Virus record (IMG/VR): IMGVR_UViG_3300025673_000007
Location: 1-38,658 of that record
Length of the DNA: 38,658 bases
Reading direction: 5' to 3' (one strand)
Origin: a virus
Taxonomy: Duplodnaviria > Caudoviricetes
Shown here: positions 7,783 to 16,361 of the stretch, one piece after another
How the letters are laid out: the number at the start of each line of letters is the position of its first letter
Numbering within the stretch: the stretch's first letter is position 1
The notes under the pieces: model-generated
What the model saw: only the letters and a program-made list of their open reading frames with translations
What the model was told of the DNA's origin: nothing
The model's database searches: none
Program-made: the position numbers and the translations under genes

Positions 7783-9216
7783 ATGAGACAGGCATGGAGT
7801 GATGCGGTTGGGGGGTATGTTCCAGAATATACGCAGTTTGCCGGTCCGCGCACCTATGATCAGCGGAATGTTCCATCTATGGGACAAGCGCTCCAAGGAT
7901 TGATCAGCGATACGACGCAGAACGCAGAGGCGCTGCTAGACGTTATCGTGCCAAACCAGTACGACTCCCAGGAGAGGGTGACTGAAAAACTGTTAGGGTT
8001 ACTGGGAACTGGGACAGGGGTGGGGCGACTGGAGGCGGGGGGCAGCGCACTAAAGTCTGCGCTTTCGCGGCCCGTCAAAACTAATACACGACCGACAGTG
8101 AGCGGCAAAGCGCACAAAGCATATCCAGGCATCTATAAAGATCCACGGCAGTTGGTTGAAGAGGGTGCGGCTAGGGTCGCGCCTGAGAACAAACTGATGT
8201 CTGATTTTTTTGGTGTTGATAGGTCAGACCTTGATGCTATGACGAGGGCTCAGGAAAAGACCATTAATCAGGTAGATATACCGGTGTGGCCTACGACGCA
8301 GCGGGGAGCGCAACACACTCAAAAAGTAATGAATCCAACCAACGAGGCGCGGCTACAGGATGTCCTATCATTAGCGGGCGATAATCCACAATTCACAGGC
8401 TCATATGGGTGGTATCAGACACTACCATTAAGAGAGAAATACAGATCGGTTCTTGGAAAAGAGCTGGGCGACAAAAGATTTGATGAATTTATGCAGAGTA
8501 GTTCTGTGATGTCGGCTGGATCGCCGGTTGATCTTGAGCTACGTCGAGCATCCCTAGCCGGACTACTTGACGAATCAGGTGAACTGGATAGGTTCATCAA
8601 AGGAAACATGACCAGCGGCGAAAACGTATATAGAGAGTTTCCAGAGCTATTCAAAGATGTGGCAGAGGCCAGTGGTTATGGGCATATTTATCACGCAACA
8701 TCTCACAGGCCAGCGTTAGAACGGTACGCAGCGGGCGATAAATTCTTTAACCAAAAAACCATCTTAGAAGCCCCAAAAACACCAAATTATTACTATTCCA
8801 AGACGGGGGAAAACTTGAGGCACCCGACCCAGGATGCACACTTCGTAAGAGGGATTGGTCTTTCAGATGTTAGACCGATGACGAAGGCGGGAACAGGAGC
8901 ATCAGTTAAGGACACTGAGGCGGGGAAAATCCGCGACTGGTGGACTAACAAAGTATCCGACCCAGTAGGAATGTCTGGATCTCCAGCACAAGCGTTATTG
9001 TGGAACTCCCTAGCGCCGCAGACCGGCGTCAAGACCTTGGTAGGCAAACCACTACTAGAACTCATTACCGACGGAGTGGAACGCGAGGCGCTCAAGCAAG
9101 CCAAGTCGCCACAGCAAGCGCTATTAGATTTTATAAATAGATCTGGGAAGCTGGGGTCTTTCGCGGGGGCTGGGTTATTGGGTCATTCAATGACCGGTGA
9201 CGGAGGGGATATATAG
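7783..9216 (+). CDS. Cargo protein A: shared leader plus putative HhH glycosylase-like (DUF7178-like) domain
   Basis: Starts immediately after the portal stop; first 73 aa are 44/73 identical to the next gene; motifs GWY, MSAGSPV, PKTPNY, TQDAHFVRGIG, QALLW. Confidence 0.6.
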   Translation: MRQAWSDAVGGYVPEYTQFAGPRTYDQRNVPSMGQALQGLISDTTQNAEALLDVIVPNQYDSQERVTEKLLGLLGTGTGVGRLEAGGSALKSALSRPVKTNTRPTVSGKAHKAYPGIYKDPRQLVEEGAARVAPENKLMSDFFGVDRSDLDAMTRAQEKTINQVDIPVWPTTQRGAQHTQKVMNPTNEARLQDVLSLAGDNPQFTGSYGWYQTLPLREKYRSVLGKELGDKRFDEFMQSSSVMSAGSPVDLELRRASLAGLLDESGELDRFIKGNMTSGENVYREFPELFKDVAEASGYGHIYHATSHRPALERYAAGDKFFNQKTILEAPKTPNYYYSKTGENLRHPTQDAHFVRGIGLSDVRPMTKAGTGASVKDTEAGKIRDWWTNKVSDPVGMSGSPAQALLWNSLAPQTGVKTLVGKPLLELITDGVEREALKQAKSPQQALLDFINRSGKLGSFAGAGLLGHSMTGDGGDI

Positions 9217-10517
9217 TGAGAAATGTGTGGAGCGATGCAGTTGGTGGCTATATACCGGAAGATACCCCTTTTCCAAAAGAAAGGATTTATTCTCAGGGTG
9301 GAGCCCCCTCGATGGGCCAAGCGTTTCAAGGTCTTTTGAGCGATACGGCACAGGGCGCTGAAGCGCTGTTTGACCGGATCATTCCAACAATATACGACTC
9401 CCCAGAGAAGATCGCGGAAAAGATGATAAACCTGGAGGGAGCGCAGATAGGTAGAGCTACATTTGGGCAAATGCTTAAGCCTCGTCCCAGCATTTTACCT
9501 TCTGGAGAGACGGCGTACCACACCGCAGAACAAGTGCCTATGCGGGGCGCCGGTCATCTGGGAAGACTGGCAGATGACTCCGAGTTAAATAGAGCGGCCT
9601 TTAGTGCTGAAGCTAACTGGATTGATCCCCGTACGGGACGGGATGTGCTGCTAGAGGGTTTTGGTGTGCCGAGCGGGACGCCCAGGGCTTATCAAGGAGG
9701 ATTTGTTGGAGCCGATAATGTCATGCAGTTTAACCCAGGCCAAGCAAGCCCATCAATACACCCCTCATTTAACAGAGAGGAATCTGATTTAGTGGAAGCG
9801 ATCGCCGCGATAAGAGGTTTAGTTGATGCACAAGAAGGATCTGCGGTACACGCAACTCGCGGGTTACTAAACAGTAACCCTAATATGCTGGGTGTGGACG
9901 TTAGTGTTACGGGGGGCAGACCGGTAACCAGAGATGAATTTGAAAAGATATCTAGGGTTGCTGACAGTCACGGATTCTTCGCAGCGGATCGAGGGAATGG
10001 GACCGTATCATTTATGAATAATGACTACAGTAAGTTGGGCGGGGCAAGATTGAAAGCAGGGGGAGGACTGTTGTCCCAGCAGATGGACCCGACAATGCCC
10101 CTTGGTAAGAATTTGCGTGAATTCGGTGATGAGTTCGACGCTCATAGAGTGGACCGAGAATCTTGGTACATCGACTATTCGGATGCTATGAAAAACCAAG
10201 GTAAAGGACAGGCGACGCGAGACATGATGTCAAAACTATCCAAGGTTAGACCGGCAGCAGAGAACGCGTTAGGTAGTCCGAGGGTTAAGCAAGAGATATT
10301 GAATAAGATTAGTCGTGATGAGAAATGGGCCAAGAAGACCGGTGACGTTACCCGCGACGATATTCAGAACCTACGCAAATTGATGAATGAACCGGGTTCT
10401 GGTAAGGAAACCTATAGCCGGATAATGAAGGCTTTAAAGGATGGAGCAATTGCGCTCCCAGCAGTCATGCTAATGATAGACGGAATGCCAGGAGCGCAAG
10501 ACGATGGACTTATCTAG
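9216..10517 (+). CDS. Cargo protein B: shared leader plus unrecognised domain
   Basis: GTG start overlaps the stop of A; SD GGAGG; paralogous leader. Confidence 0.75.
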   Translation: MRNVWSDAVGGYIPEDTPFPKERIYSQGGAPSMGQAFQGLLSDTAQGAEALFDRIIPTIYDSPEKIAEKMINLEGAQIGRATFGQMLKPRPSILPSGETAYHTAEQVPMRGAGHLGRLADDSELNRAAFSAEANWIDPRTGRDVLLEGFGVPSGTPRAYQGGFVGADNVMQFNPGQASPSIHPSFNREESDLVEAIAAIRGLVDAQEGSAVHATRGLLNSNPNMLGVDVSVTGGRPVTRDEFEKISRVADSHGFFAADRGNGTVSFMNNDYSKLGGARLKAGGGLLSQQMDPTMPLGKNLREFGDEFDAHRVDRESWYIDYSDAMKNQGKGQATRDMMSKLSKVRPAAENALGSPRVKQEILNKISRDEKWAKKTGDVTRDDIQNLRKLMNEPGSGKETYSRIMKALKDGAIALPAVMLMIDGMPGAQDDGLI

Positions 10518-10788
10518 CCTTCCGATACCCAAAAGTGCTAACAACTCCTTGGTTGCGGGCAATAACCTCTTCTTCGGTAACCCCCGGAGGATAGCGGTCA
10601 CCATCCCAAGTCCTTCCACCATTGGGGCCAACCAACCATTTGCCGGTGAAGAGATGAATTTCATTAGTGAAGGTTTTATGCCAATCACCAGGAATAAGGG
10701 TGGCGTCGAGTTCGTGTTCCGTCAAGGCCCGATTAAGACCCTTATGGAAAAGACCGGTGTGGTCAAAGAAGTGCTTGGTTTTGCACAT
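10510..10788 (-). CDS. Antisense small protein convergent on cargo B (candidate immunity/moron)
   Basis: Strong SD AAGGAG a few nt before ATG; own promoter upstream; fills the gap between B and C. Confidence 0.7.
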   Translation of the reverse strand: MCKTKHFFDHTGLFHKGLNRALTEHELDATLIPGDWHKTFTNEIHLFTGKWLVGPNGGRTWDGDRYPPGVTEEEVIARNQGVVSTFGYRKAR

Positions 10789-10863
10789 GGTAAATCTCCT
10801 TTACGTTTTAGCAGATATTTGAGATCGCCTCTGCAAGTAGTAAGTAAATCAGGCGATAAGTTA

Positions 10864-10893
10864 ATGATACACCCAGCCGCTGGGGTATTGCAA
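10864..10893 (-). promoter_or_regulatory. Sigma70-type promoter for the antisense gene
   Basis: TTGCAA-18 bp-TATCAT on the minus strand; spacer is an inverted repeat (CCCAGC-G-GCTGGG). Confidence 0.55.
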
Positions 10894-12279
10894 TGAGTAA
10901 ATCAAAACAACAGATCCGCGATGACCGGCCTCTTAAATAACAACTACTCCCAACGCAAACCACCGTCACTAGGTGAAGCTATGTCAGGTCTGCTGGGCAA
11001 CTGGGGGAGCAACATTGAGCAAGGACTGTTGTCTGCGCTTCCAGTGTTAGCTGAGAATGATCCTTACAAGATAGGGCAACAACTACTGCGCGACGGTGCG
11101 GGGGTTGGCGGGATAGCTTGGCACGGTTCACCTCATAAGTTTACAAGACCTGACCTGTCGAAGATCGGGACCGGTGAAGGAGCGCAAGCGTATGGGCATG
11201 GATTCTATTCTGCCGAGGCGAAGGGTGTTGGTGAAGAATATAGAACTGCGGGGAGTCTGTTACGCCCAGTTCAAGGGTTGCCCACTCATGTAGAGTACGC
11301 TGGCCGTAAAGCCTCAGAACTGGATGACCCTATCGCTAAAGAGGCGTTGGATTTATACAATCTCTTACGCCCTTGGGAGAGTGATCCTAGAAAAGCAGCA
11401 GATATGATCTTCGATACTGCCGAAGATGGATCTAAAGAGTTAATGGCCGGTAAATGGTTAGCTGATAACGCAGATAAAGTATCTATACAGGATTCAACGC
11501 ATCTCTACAAACTCAATATACCAGACGAAACCATCGGCAAGATGTTGGATTGGGATAAGCCTCTTTTCCAGCAATCAGATCAGGTTAAACAGATTTTGGA
11601 TAATACATCCGATCCAGACTCTATACAGAAGAAGATCGATGCACTGCAATCTAGTTTGCAGAAATTCGATGGTGATGATGATTTATTGGGACTCTTTACA
11701 GGGACTGTAAAGACACCTCCGGTAAATCAAAAGATATATAAAGAGATCGAGCGGTTAACAAACGAAAAGCTGCAAGCCGAGAATCTTAGAAATAGGTTAG
11801 CTGAATTTAGAAAAAGAGACAGAGATACTAGAGCTTATCGCCAAGGATCGCTTAAAGGTAAAGATTTTTATAATCATCTCGTAGGGGACAACATCTTGCC
11901 TAAGAAACTCACCCAGAGATTCAACAACAGAGATGAAGCGGTAGAGTTCTTTAAGGCAGAAAAACAAAGATTTAAAGATGCACCGATGTCATTGGGTAAA
12001 GGCACTTATGAGCCGGTAGCAAAATTAGATGGTGATGACTTCACTGTAGAGACTTATGACCAGTTCGGCAAGACTCACGGACAACAGGCCGCATCCGAAT
12101 ACCTCAATTCGCTCGGAATACCAGGCATCAAATACCTCGACGGCAACTCACGCGCAGCCGGTCAGGGATCGCGCAACTTCGTATCGTTCACACCCGATCA
12201 CATCGAGATGTTAGAACGTAACGGTGTGCCGATGAAGGGGTTACTTGGTGAGTAAATCAAAACAACAAATCCGCGACGA
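10894..12279 (+). repeat. 31-bp direct repeat flanking cargo C (10894-10924 and 12249-12279)
   Basis: TGAGTAAATCAAAACAACA(G/A)ATCCGCGA(T/C)GA, 29/31 identical; encodes the MSKSKQQIRD start of the downstream core gene. Confidence 0.9.
10921..12255 (+). CDS. Cargo protein C: ADP-ribosyltransferase-like domain of phage polyvalent proteins (ART-PolyVal-like)
   Basis: AWHGSPHKF...IGTGEGAQAYGHGFYSAE...LYKLNIPD...LDWDKP...LNSLGIPGIKYLD...RNFVSF; short leader YSQRKPPSLGEAMSGLL related to A and B. Confidence 0.7.
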   Translation: MTGLLNNNYSQRKPPSLGEAMSGLLGNWGSNIEQGLLSALPVLAENDPYKIGQQLLRDGAGVGGIAWHGSPHKFTRPDLSKIGTGEGAQAYGHGFYSAEAKGVGEEYRTAGSLLRPVQGLPTHVEYAGRKASELDDPIAKEALDLYNLLRPWESDPRKAADMIFDTAEDGSKELMAGKWLADNADKVSIQDSTHLYKLNIPDETIGKMLDWDKPLFQQSDQVKQILDNTSDPDSIQKKIDALQSSLQKFDGDDDLLGLFTGTVKTPPVNQKIYKEIERLTNEKLQAENLRNRLAEFRKRDRDTRAYRQGSLKGKDFYNHLVGDNILPKKLTQRFNNRDEAVEFFKAEKQRFKDAPMSLGKGTYEPVAKLDGDDFTVETYDQFGKTHGQQAASEYLNSLGIPGIKYLDGNSRAAGQGSRNFVSFTPDHIEMLERNGVPMKGLLGE

Positions 12280-12487
12280 AGGACAGAAGGCAACGACTAT
12301 CGTCGATGATGAGATCTTTAACACCATCGTGGACGAGGTCAAGCATGACCTTTTCCATGAGTGGATGCGAACAGAAGACACCAAGGAAAGAGAAGCACTG
12401 CATGGACTCGCAATCTCGATGGAAGTCATCCTAACGAGACTACGCGCGAAAGCAGATAATTTAACAATTGAAAGGAACACCCAATGA
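12248..12487 (+). CDS. Small head-module protein upstream of scaffold
   Basis: GTG start overlaps the stop of C; helical WxxTxDxxEREAL pattern; ATGA overlap with scaffold. Confidence 0.7.
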   Translation: MSKSKQQIRDEGQKATTIVDDEIFNTIVDEVKHDLFHEWMRTEDTKEREALHGLAISMEVILTRLRAKADNLTIERNTQ

Positions 12488-13509
12488 CAACACCCAACAC
12501 ACCAGATTCTGGAATTGGATTGTACGACGGAGCAGATGCAATATCAAACATGGCCGGCTTAATGGACCCAGAGATGGACACACCAGAAGAGCAAGTCGAA
12601 GCGGTGGCTGATGAAGCATCCGTGACTGACGAAGAACTCGTTTATGAAGCGAGTGAAGAGACAGTCGAGACAGACGAGCAAGATCAAAACCCTGTGGAAG
12701 AAGAAGAGCAACCCGATGTCTATACCGTGCGTGTAAACGGTGAAGATGTCGAGGTCACGTTCGATGAATTAACCAAAGGGTATTCTAGGCAGTCTGATTA
12801 CCAGCGCAAGACTCAGGAAGTCGCCGAGCAACGAAGGGCTGTTGAGAAACAGTATCAAAACGCTCAAGCGCAATTCCAAAAAACACAGCAGATGGAGCAG
12901 CAGTATATTGCGCTACTTCCTCAACTCGAAGCGAAGCTATTGTCTGAACAAGAGGAGCCGATTGATTGGAACGCCGCCTATGAGGCCGATCCGATTGAGG
13001 CCACCCGACTAGAAAGACAGCACCGCGTACATCAAGAGGATAGAGCAAAGAAGTTGCAAGCAATCCAAGCTGAGAAGCAACGACTCATGCAAGAGAATCA
13101 ACAGCGACAACAAGTCCAATATCAACAGCATCTGGCTGATCAGCAGAAATTGTTATTGGAGGCGATCCCTGAGTGGGCCGATGAGAAGGTGCGGGATAAA
13201 GAAGTCGCGGAGGTGAGAAAATGGATGGTCGATAGCGGGAGGTTTACACCTGAACAGGTAAACCAAGTCTCCTTCGCCGGTCACGTTATATCACTTCGTG
13301 AATCTTATCTGTTCACCCTTGGACAAGCGAAAGTGCAAGAAAAGCGTAAAGCGGCCACATCGAAAAAGGGCAAAGCAGTTCGCCCCGGATCGAAAGCTGG
13401 AACGCCAAACGCACAGAGCGCTGCTGTGAAGAACGCCGCCGGTAAATTAAAACAGACCGGGAGCTACCGCGACGCGGCAGATCTCCTAATGAACTTAGAC
13501 CTAGATTAG
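12484..13509 (+). CDS. Capsid scaffolding protein
   Basis: Acidic N-terminus, YTVRVNGEDVEVTFDELTKGYSRQSDYQRKTQEVAE, Q-rich coiled coil; directly before MCP. Confidence 0.88.
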   Translation: MTTPNTPDSGIGLYDGADAISNMAGLMDPEMDTPEEQVEAVADEASVTDEELVYEASEETVETDEQDQNPVEEEEQPDVYTVRVNGEDVEVTFDELTKGYSRQSDYQRKTQEVAEQRRAVEKQYQNAQAQFQKTQQMEQQYIALLPQLEAKLLSEQEEPIDWNAAYEADPIEATRLERQHRVHQEDRAKKLQAIQAEKQRLMQENQQRQQVQYQQHLADQQKLLLEAIPEWADEKVRDKEVAEVRKWMVDSGRFTPEQVNQVSFAGHVISLRESYLFTLGQAKVQEKRKAATSKKGKAVRPGSKAGTPNAQSAAVKNAAGKLKQTGSYRDAADLLMNLDLD

Positions 13510-13521
13510 AGGAAATTAACA

Positions 13522-14469
13522 ATGGCTATTGTCAGTAATACTTTTACAAGATACAGCTCGGTAGGTATCCGCGAGGAACTATCGAATGTAATAAAAAACA
13601 TCTCGCCGGAAGATACACCGTTCCAAAGTAACATCCGTTCTGAAAGCGTAAGTAACACTTACTTTGAATGGATGACCGATGAACTTTCTGCAGCGGCAAC
13701 TAATGCACAGCTCGATGGTGACGATATCGGGACTTTCACAGCGGTAACGCCAACTTCTCGTATCGGAAACTATACGCAAATTATGCGTAAAGATTTTGTC
13801 CTCGCCGACAATTTAGAGGTCATCAATGCGGCCGGGCGAAAATCTGAAATCGCGTACCAACTTGCGAAGGTCGGTTCTGAACTTAAACGCGACGTAGAAT
13901 TCAACCTACTGAGTAACCAAGGTCAGAACGCTGGTTCAACGACTGTTGCGAGAAAATTAAGAGGGCTTCCATCTTGGATCGCGACTAACGTAAGCAAAGG
14001 CACTGGCGGGGCAAATGGCACGGCAACCACTGCCCGTACTGATGGTACGCAACGGGCTATGACCGAAACGATGTTGAAAACTGTCGTTCAGTCTATGTGG
14101 AACGAAGGGGGCAGACCTAAGATGGTTATGGTGGGTCCTCACGTTAAAACGGTAATCTCTGGGTTCTCAGGAATCGCGGGCCAACGCTTCAGTGTCGAGG
14201 GTAATAAGCCTGGGACCATTATCGGAGCAGCGGATATTTACGTCAGTGATTTTGGGAATTTAGAAATCGTACCTAACCGTTTTCAACGTGCTAGAGATGC
14301 TTTCGTGTTAGACCCAGATCTTTGTGCAGTTGCGACTTTACGTCCAATGAAACAGGTTAAGCTCAGTAAGACGGGCGATGCCGAGAAAAGGATGATCCTA
14401 GTTGAAACCTCGTTGAAGGTTTTGCAGGAAAAAGGATTGGGCTTAGTTGCTGATCTATCAACTTCCTGA
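13522..14469 (+). CDS. Major capsid protein (DUF5309/SU10-like)
   Basis: IREELSNVIKNISPEDTPF, EWMTDEL, GNYTQI, ELKRDVE, YVSDFG, KTGDAEK. Confidence 0.93.
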   Translation: MAIVSNTFTRYSSVGIREELSNVIKNISPEDTPFQSNIRSESVSNTYFEWMTDELSAAATNAQLDGDDIGTFTAVTPTSRIGNYTQIMRKDFVLADNLEVINAAGRKSEIAYQLAKVGSELKRDVEFNLLSNQGQNAGSTTVARKLRGLPSWIATNVSKGTGGANGTATTARTDGTQRAMTETMLKTVVQSMWNEGGRPKMVMVGPHVKTVISGFSGIAGQRFSVEGNKPGTIIGAADIYVSDFGNLEIVPNRFQRARDAFVLDPDLCAVATLRPMKQVKLSKTGDAEKRMILVETSLKVLQEKGLGLVADLSTS

Positions 14470-14485
14470 TAAGGAGATGAGGTGT

Positions 14486-14513
14486 GGTGGGGGCAACCCC
14501 ACCCCATTTAAAT
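14486..14513 (+). terminator. GNRA-loop hairpin after MCP (partial terminator/stabiliser)
   Basis: GGTGGGG-GCAA-CCCCACC with weak A/T tail. Confidence 0.5.
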
Positions 14514-14514
14514 T

Positions 14515-14826
14515 ATGGCAAAACGACTATTAAGCGAAAACCAGATGACCGGCACGAAGACCTATCACGATTACGATGCGTCTAGCGATCAGTCAGTCAT
14601 TACGACATCTGCTGATGTTACAGATATCATCGAGTCGAACAAAGCACAGTACAACGATACTGATGAACGGGCGCGATACAGCGACATAAACAAAGTCGCC
14701 AGTATCCCGATGAACGTCTATTTCGACTTGAAGAAGAAAGGGATTCTGAACGACCAGAAGAAGATGAAAGCCTGGTTGAACGATCCCGACAATCGCTATT
14801 TTCGGACTAGACCTGGAAGAGTGTAA
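14515..14826 (+). CDS. Virion-module protein following MCP
   Basis: VASIP...WLNDPDNRYFRT motif typical of this position in such podoviruses. Confidence 0.75.
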   Translation: MAKRLLSENQMTGTKTYHDYDASSDQSVITTSADVTDIIESNKAQYNDTDERARYSDINKVASIPMNVYFDLKKKGILNDQKKMKAWLNDPDNRYFRTRPGRV

Positions 14827-15443
14827 TGGCAATAACGAATTACGGAGAACTGAAAACAGCAGTCGCCGATTGGCTCAATCGCGACGACCTGACTTCAGTT
14901 ATTCCAACTTTTATCGATCTCGCTCATGCGAAGTTAAATCGCAGATTGCGGGTGCGGGAAATGATACAGCGGTCAACGGCAAGCATCACCGATCAGTTCA
15001 GTAATCTGCCGTCCGACTTCTTAGAACTTAGGAACATTCAACTGAATGTGACGATCCCTAAGTCACTCGAATATGTGACCATCGAGCAGATGGATCAAGA
15101 ACGTGGATTAGGCAATACGGCGAGAGAACCGGTCTATTACACGTTGATGGGATCAACTATAGAGGTTTTTCCGACCCCAGATCAGAGCTATACCCTGGAA
15201 CTCGCGTACTACCAAGACATTCCAACGATGTCGGCAGATACCGATACTAACTGGTTGCTAACCAAAGCACCGGACGTTTATCTTTATGGCGCGCTACTTC
15301 AAGCCGCACCTTACTTGAAAGATGCAGAAGAAACCGGCTTATGGCTACAGGCTCATGACATGGTTGTTGCCGAGTTAGAGAAAGAAGATCTAGGTGCGCG
15401 ATATGGCGCATCGACCTTGAAAGCGAGACATAGGACATACTAA
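14826..15443 (+). CDS. Head-tail adaptor protein
   Basis: ITNYGELKTAVADWLNRDDLT...FIDLA...TNWLLTKAPDVYLYGAL. Confidence 0.85.
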   Translation: MAITNYGELKTAVADWLNRDDLTSVIPTFIDLAHAKLNRRLRVREMIQRSTASITDQFSNLPSDFLELRNIQLNVTIPKSLEYVTIEQMDQERGLGNTAREPVYYTLMGSTIEVFPTPDQSYTLELAYYQDIPTMSADTDTNWLLTKAPDVYLYGALLQAAPYLKDAEETGLWLQAHDMVVAELEKEDLGARYGASTLKARHRTY

Positions 15444-16361
15444 ATGGCTAGAGGTTCGTGGGACGCATCGACTGACACTTGGGCAACGATCACCAGCGGT
15501 GATTGGGACGTTGGCGCTGTTGTCTACGTCGAGAGCATCACCGCAGCGCTCAACACTGGACAGAGTGCATCGCATCAAATCACAACGCCACTTTCGGTGT
15601 CAGCAAGCACCTCGGTGGGATTTTCAGACAGCGTGACAGTCTCAATTCCAGAAAGCATTAGTGACTCAGTTAGTTTAGGACACACAGCAACAGTGGGTCA
15701 GCAGCTTGCCGCTGGCGCGACACTCGCTGGCACCTTTAGCTTCACAGACTCAGCAAGCGCACTTTATCCGACAACAGCAACTGCCACAACCAGTCTGAGT
15801 GTCACACCGGTTGGTAGCGTCGAGATGGCAGAATCGACAGCGCTCTCTGCAACAGTTGAAGCGGATAGTTCTGTGACCAATTTGATGCCGGATAGCGTCA
15901 GTTTATCGAGTTCGGTAACAATGACTGATCAGGCGGGTATGTTGTTGTCGGATGCTATCGCAATGGCACACACCCTGTCCCTCACAGACAGCGCTGCGAT
16001 TGAGGTGAGTGTTTCTGCGGCAATCAGCACCGCATTCTCGACTACGATTACTCCGGCATACCAACTTGCGGGTGTGTCTGATTTTAGTCTATCGCTCGGG
16101 TCGTCGGTTAGCTCAGTCGCTCAACTGAACGCTACGGCGCTCATGCAAATTGACGTTAGCACAGAGTTGCCAGGTGTTGGGTTAGGTTATATCGATGGTG
16201 TTGCTCTAGGGGCCACGCTCGGAATGAATAGCGCTGGCGAATATCTGTGGCAACAATCAGAAGCGCCAGCCGCAACTTCATGGGCAGCGGTTACCCCGCC
16301 GACAGACACCTGGGCAACCGCGCAACACGAATCCCCAACTTGGAGTGCTATAGAAAAATGA
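15444..16361 (+). CDS. Ser/Thr/Ala-rich beta-repeat structural (fibre-like) protein
   Basis: About 12 repeats of ~20 aa, Trp-spaced termini, almost no K/R. Confidence 0.65.
   Translation: MARGSWDASTDTWATITSGDWDVGAVVYVESITAALNTGQSASHQITTPLSVSASTSVGFSDSVTVSIPESISDSVSLGHTATVGQQLAAGATLAGTFSFTDSASALYPTTATATTSLSVTPVGSVEMAESTALSATVEADSSVTNLMPDSVSLSSSVTMTDQAGMLLSDAIAMAHTLSLTDSAAIEVSVSAAISTAFSTTITPAYQLAGVSDFSLSLGSSVSSVAQLNATALMQIDVSTELPGVGLGYIDGVALGATLGMNSAGEYLWQQSEAPAATSWAAVTPPTDTWATAQHESPTWSAIEK

Noticed and set aside
10504-10896. 130-aa plus-strand ORF between cargo B and C
   Set aside because: Shadow of the minus-strand gene, which has a strong SD and promoter; it also runs across that promoter. 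Not fully excluded.
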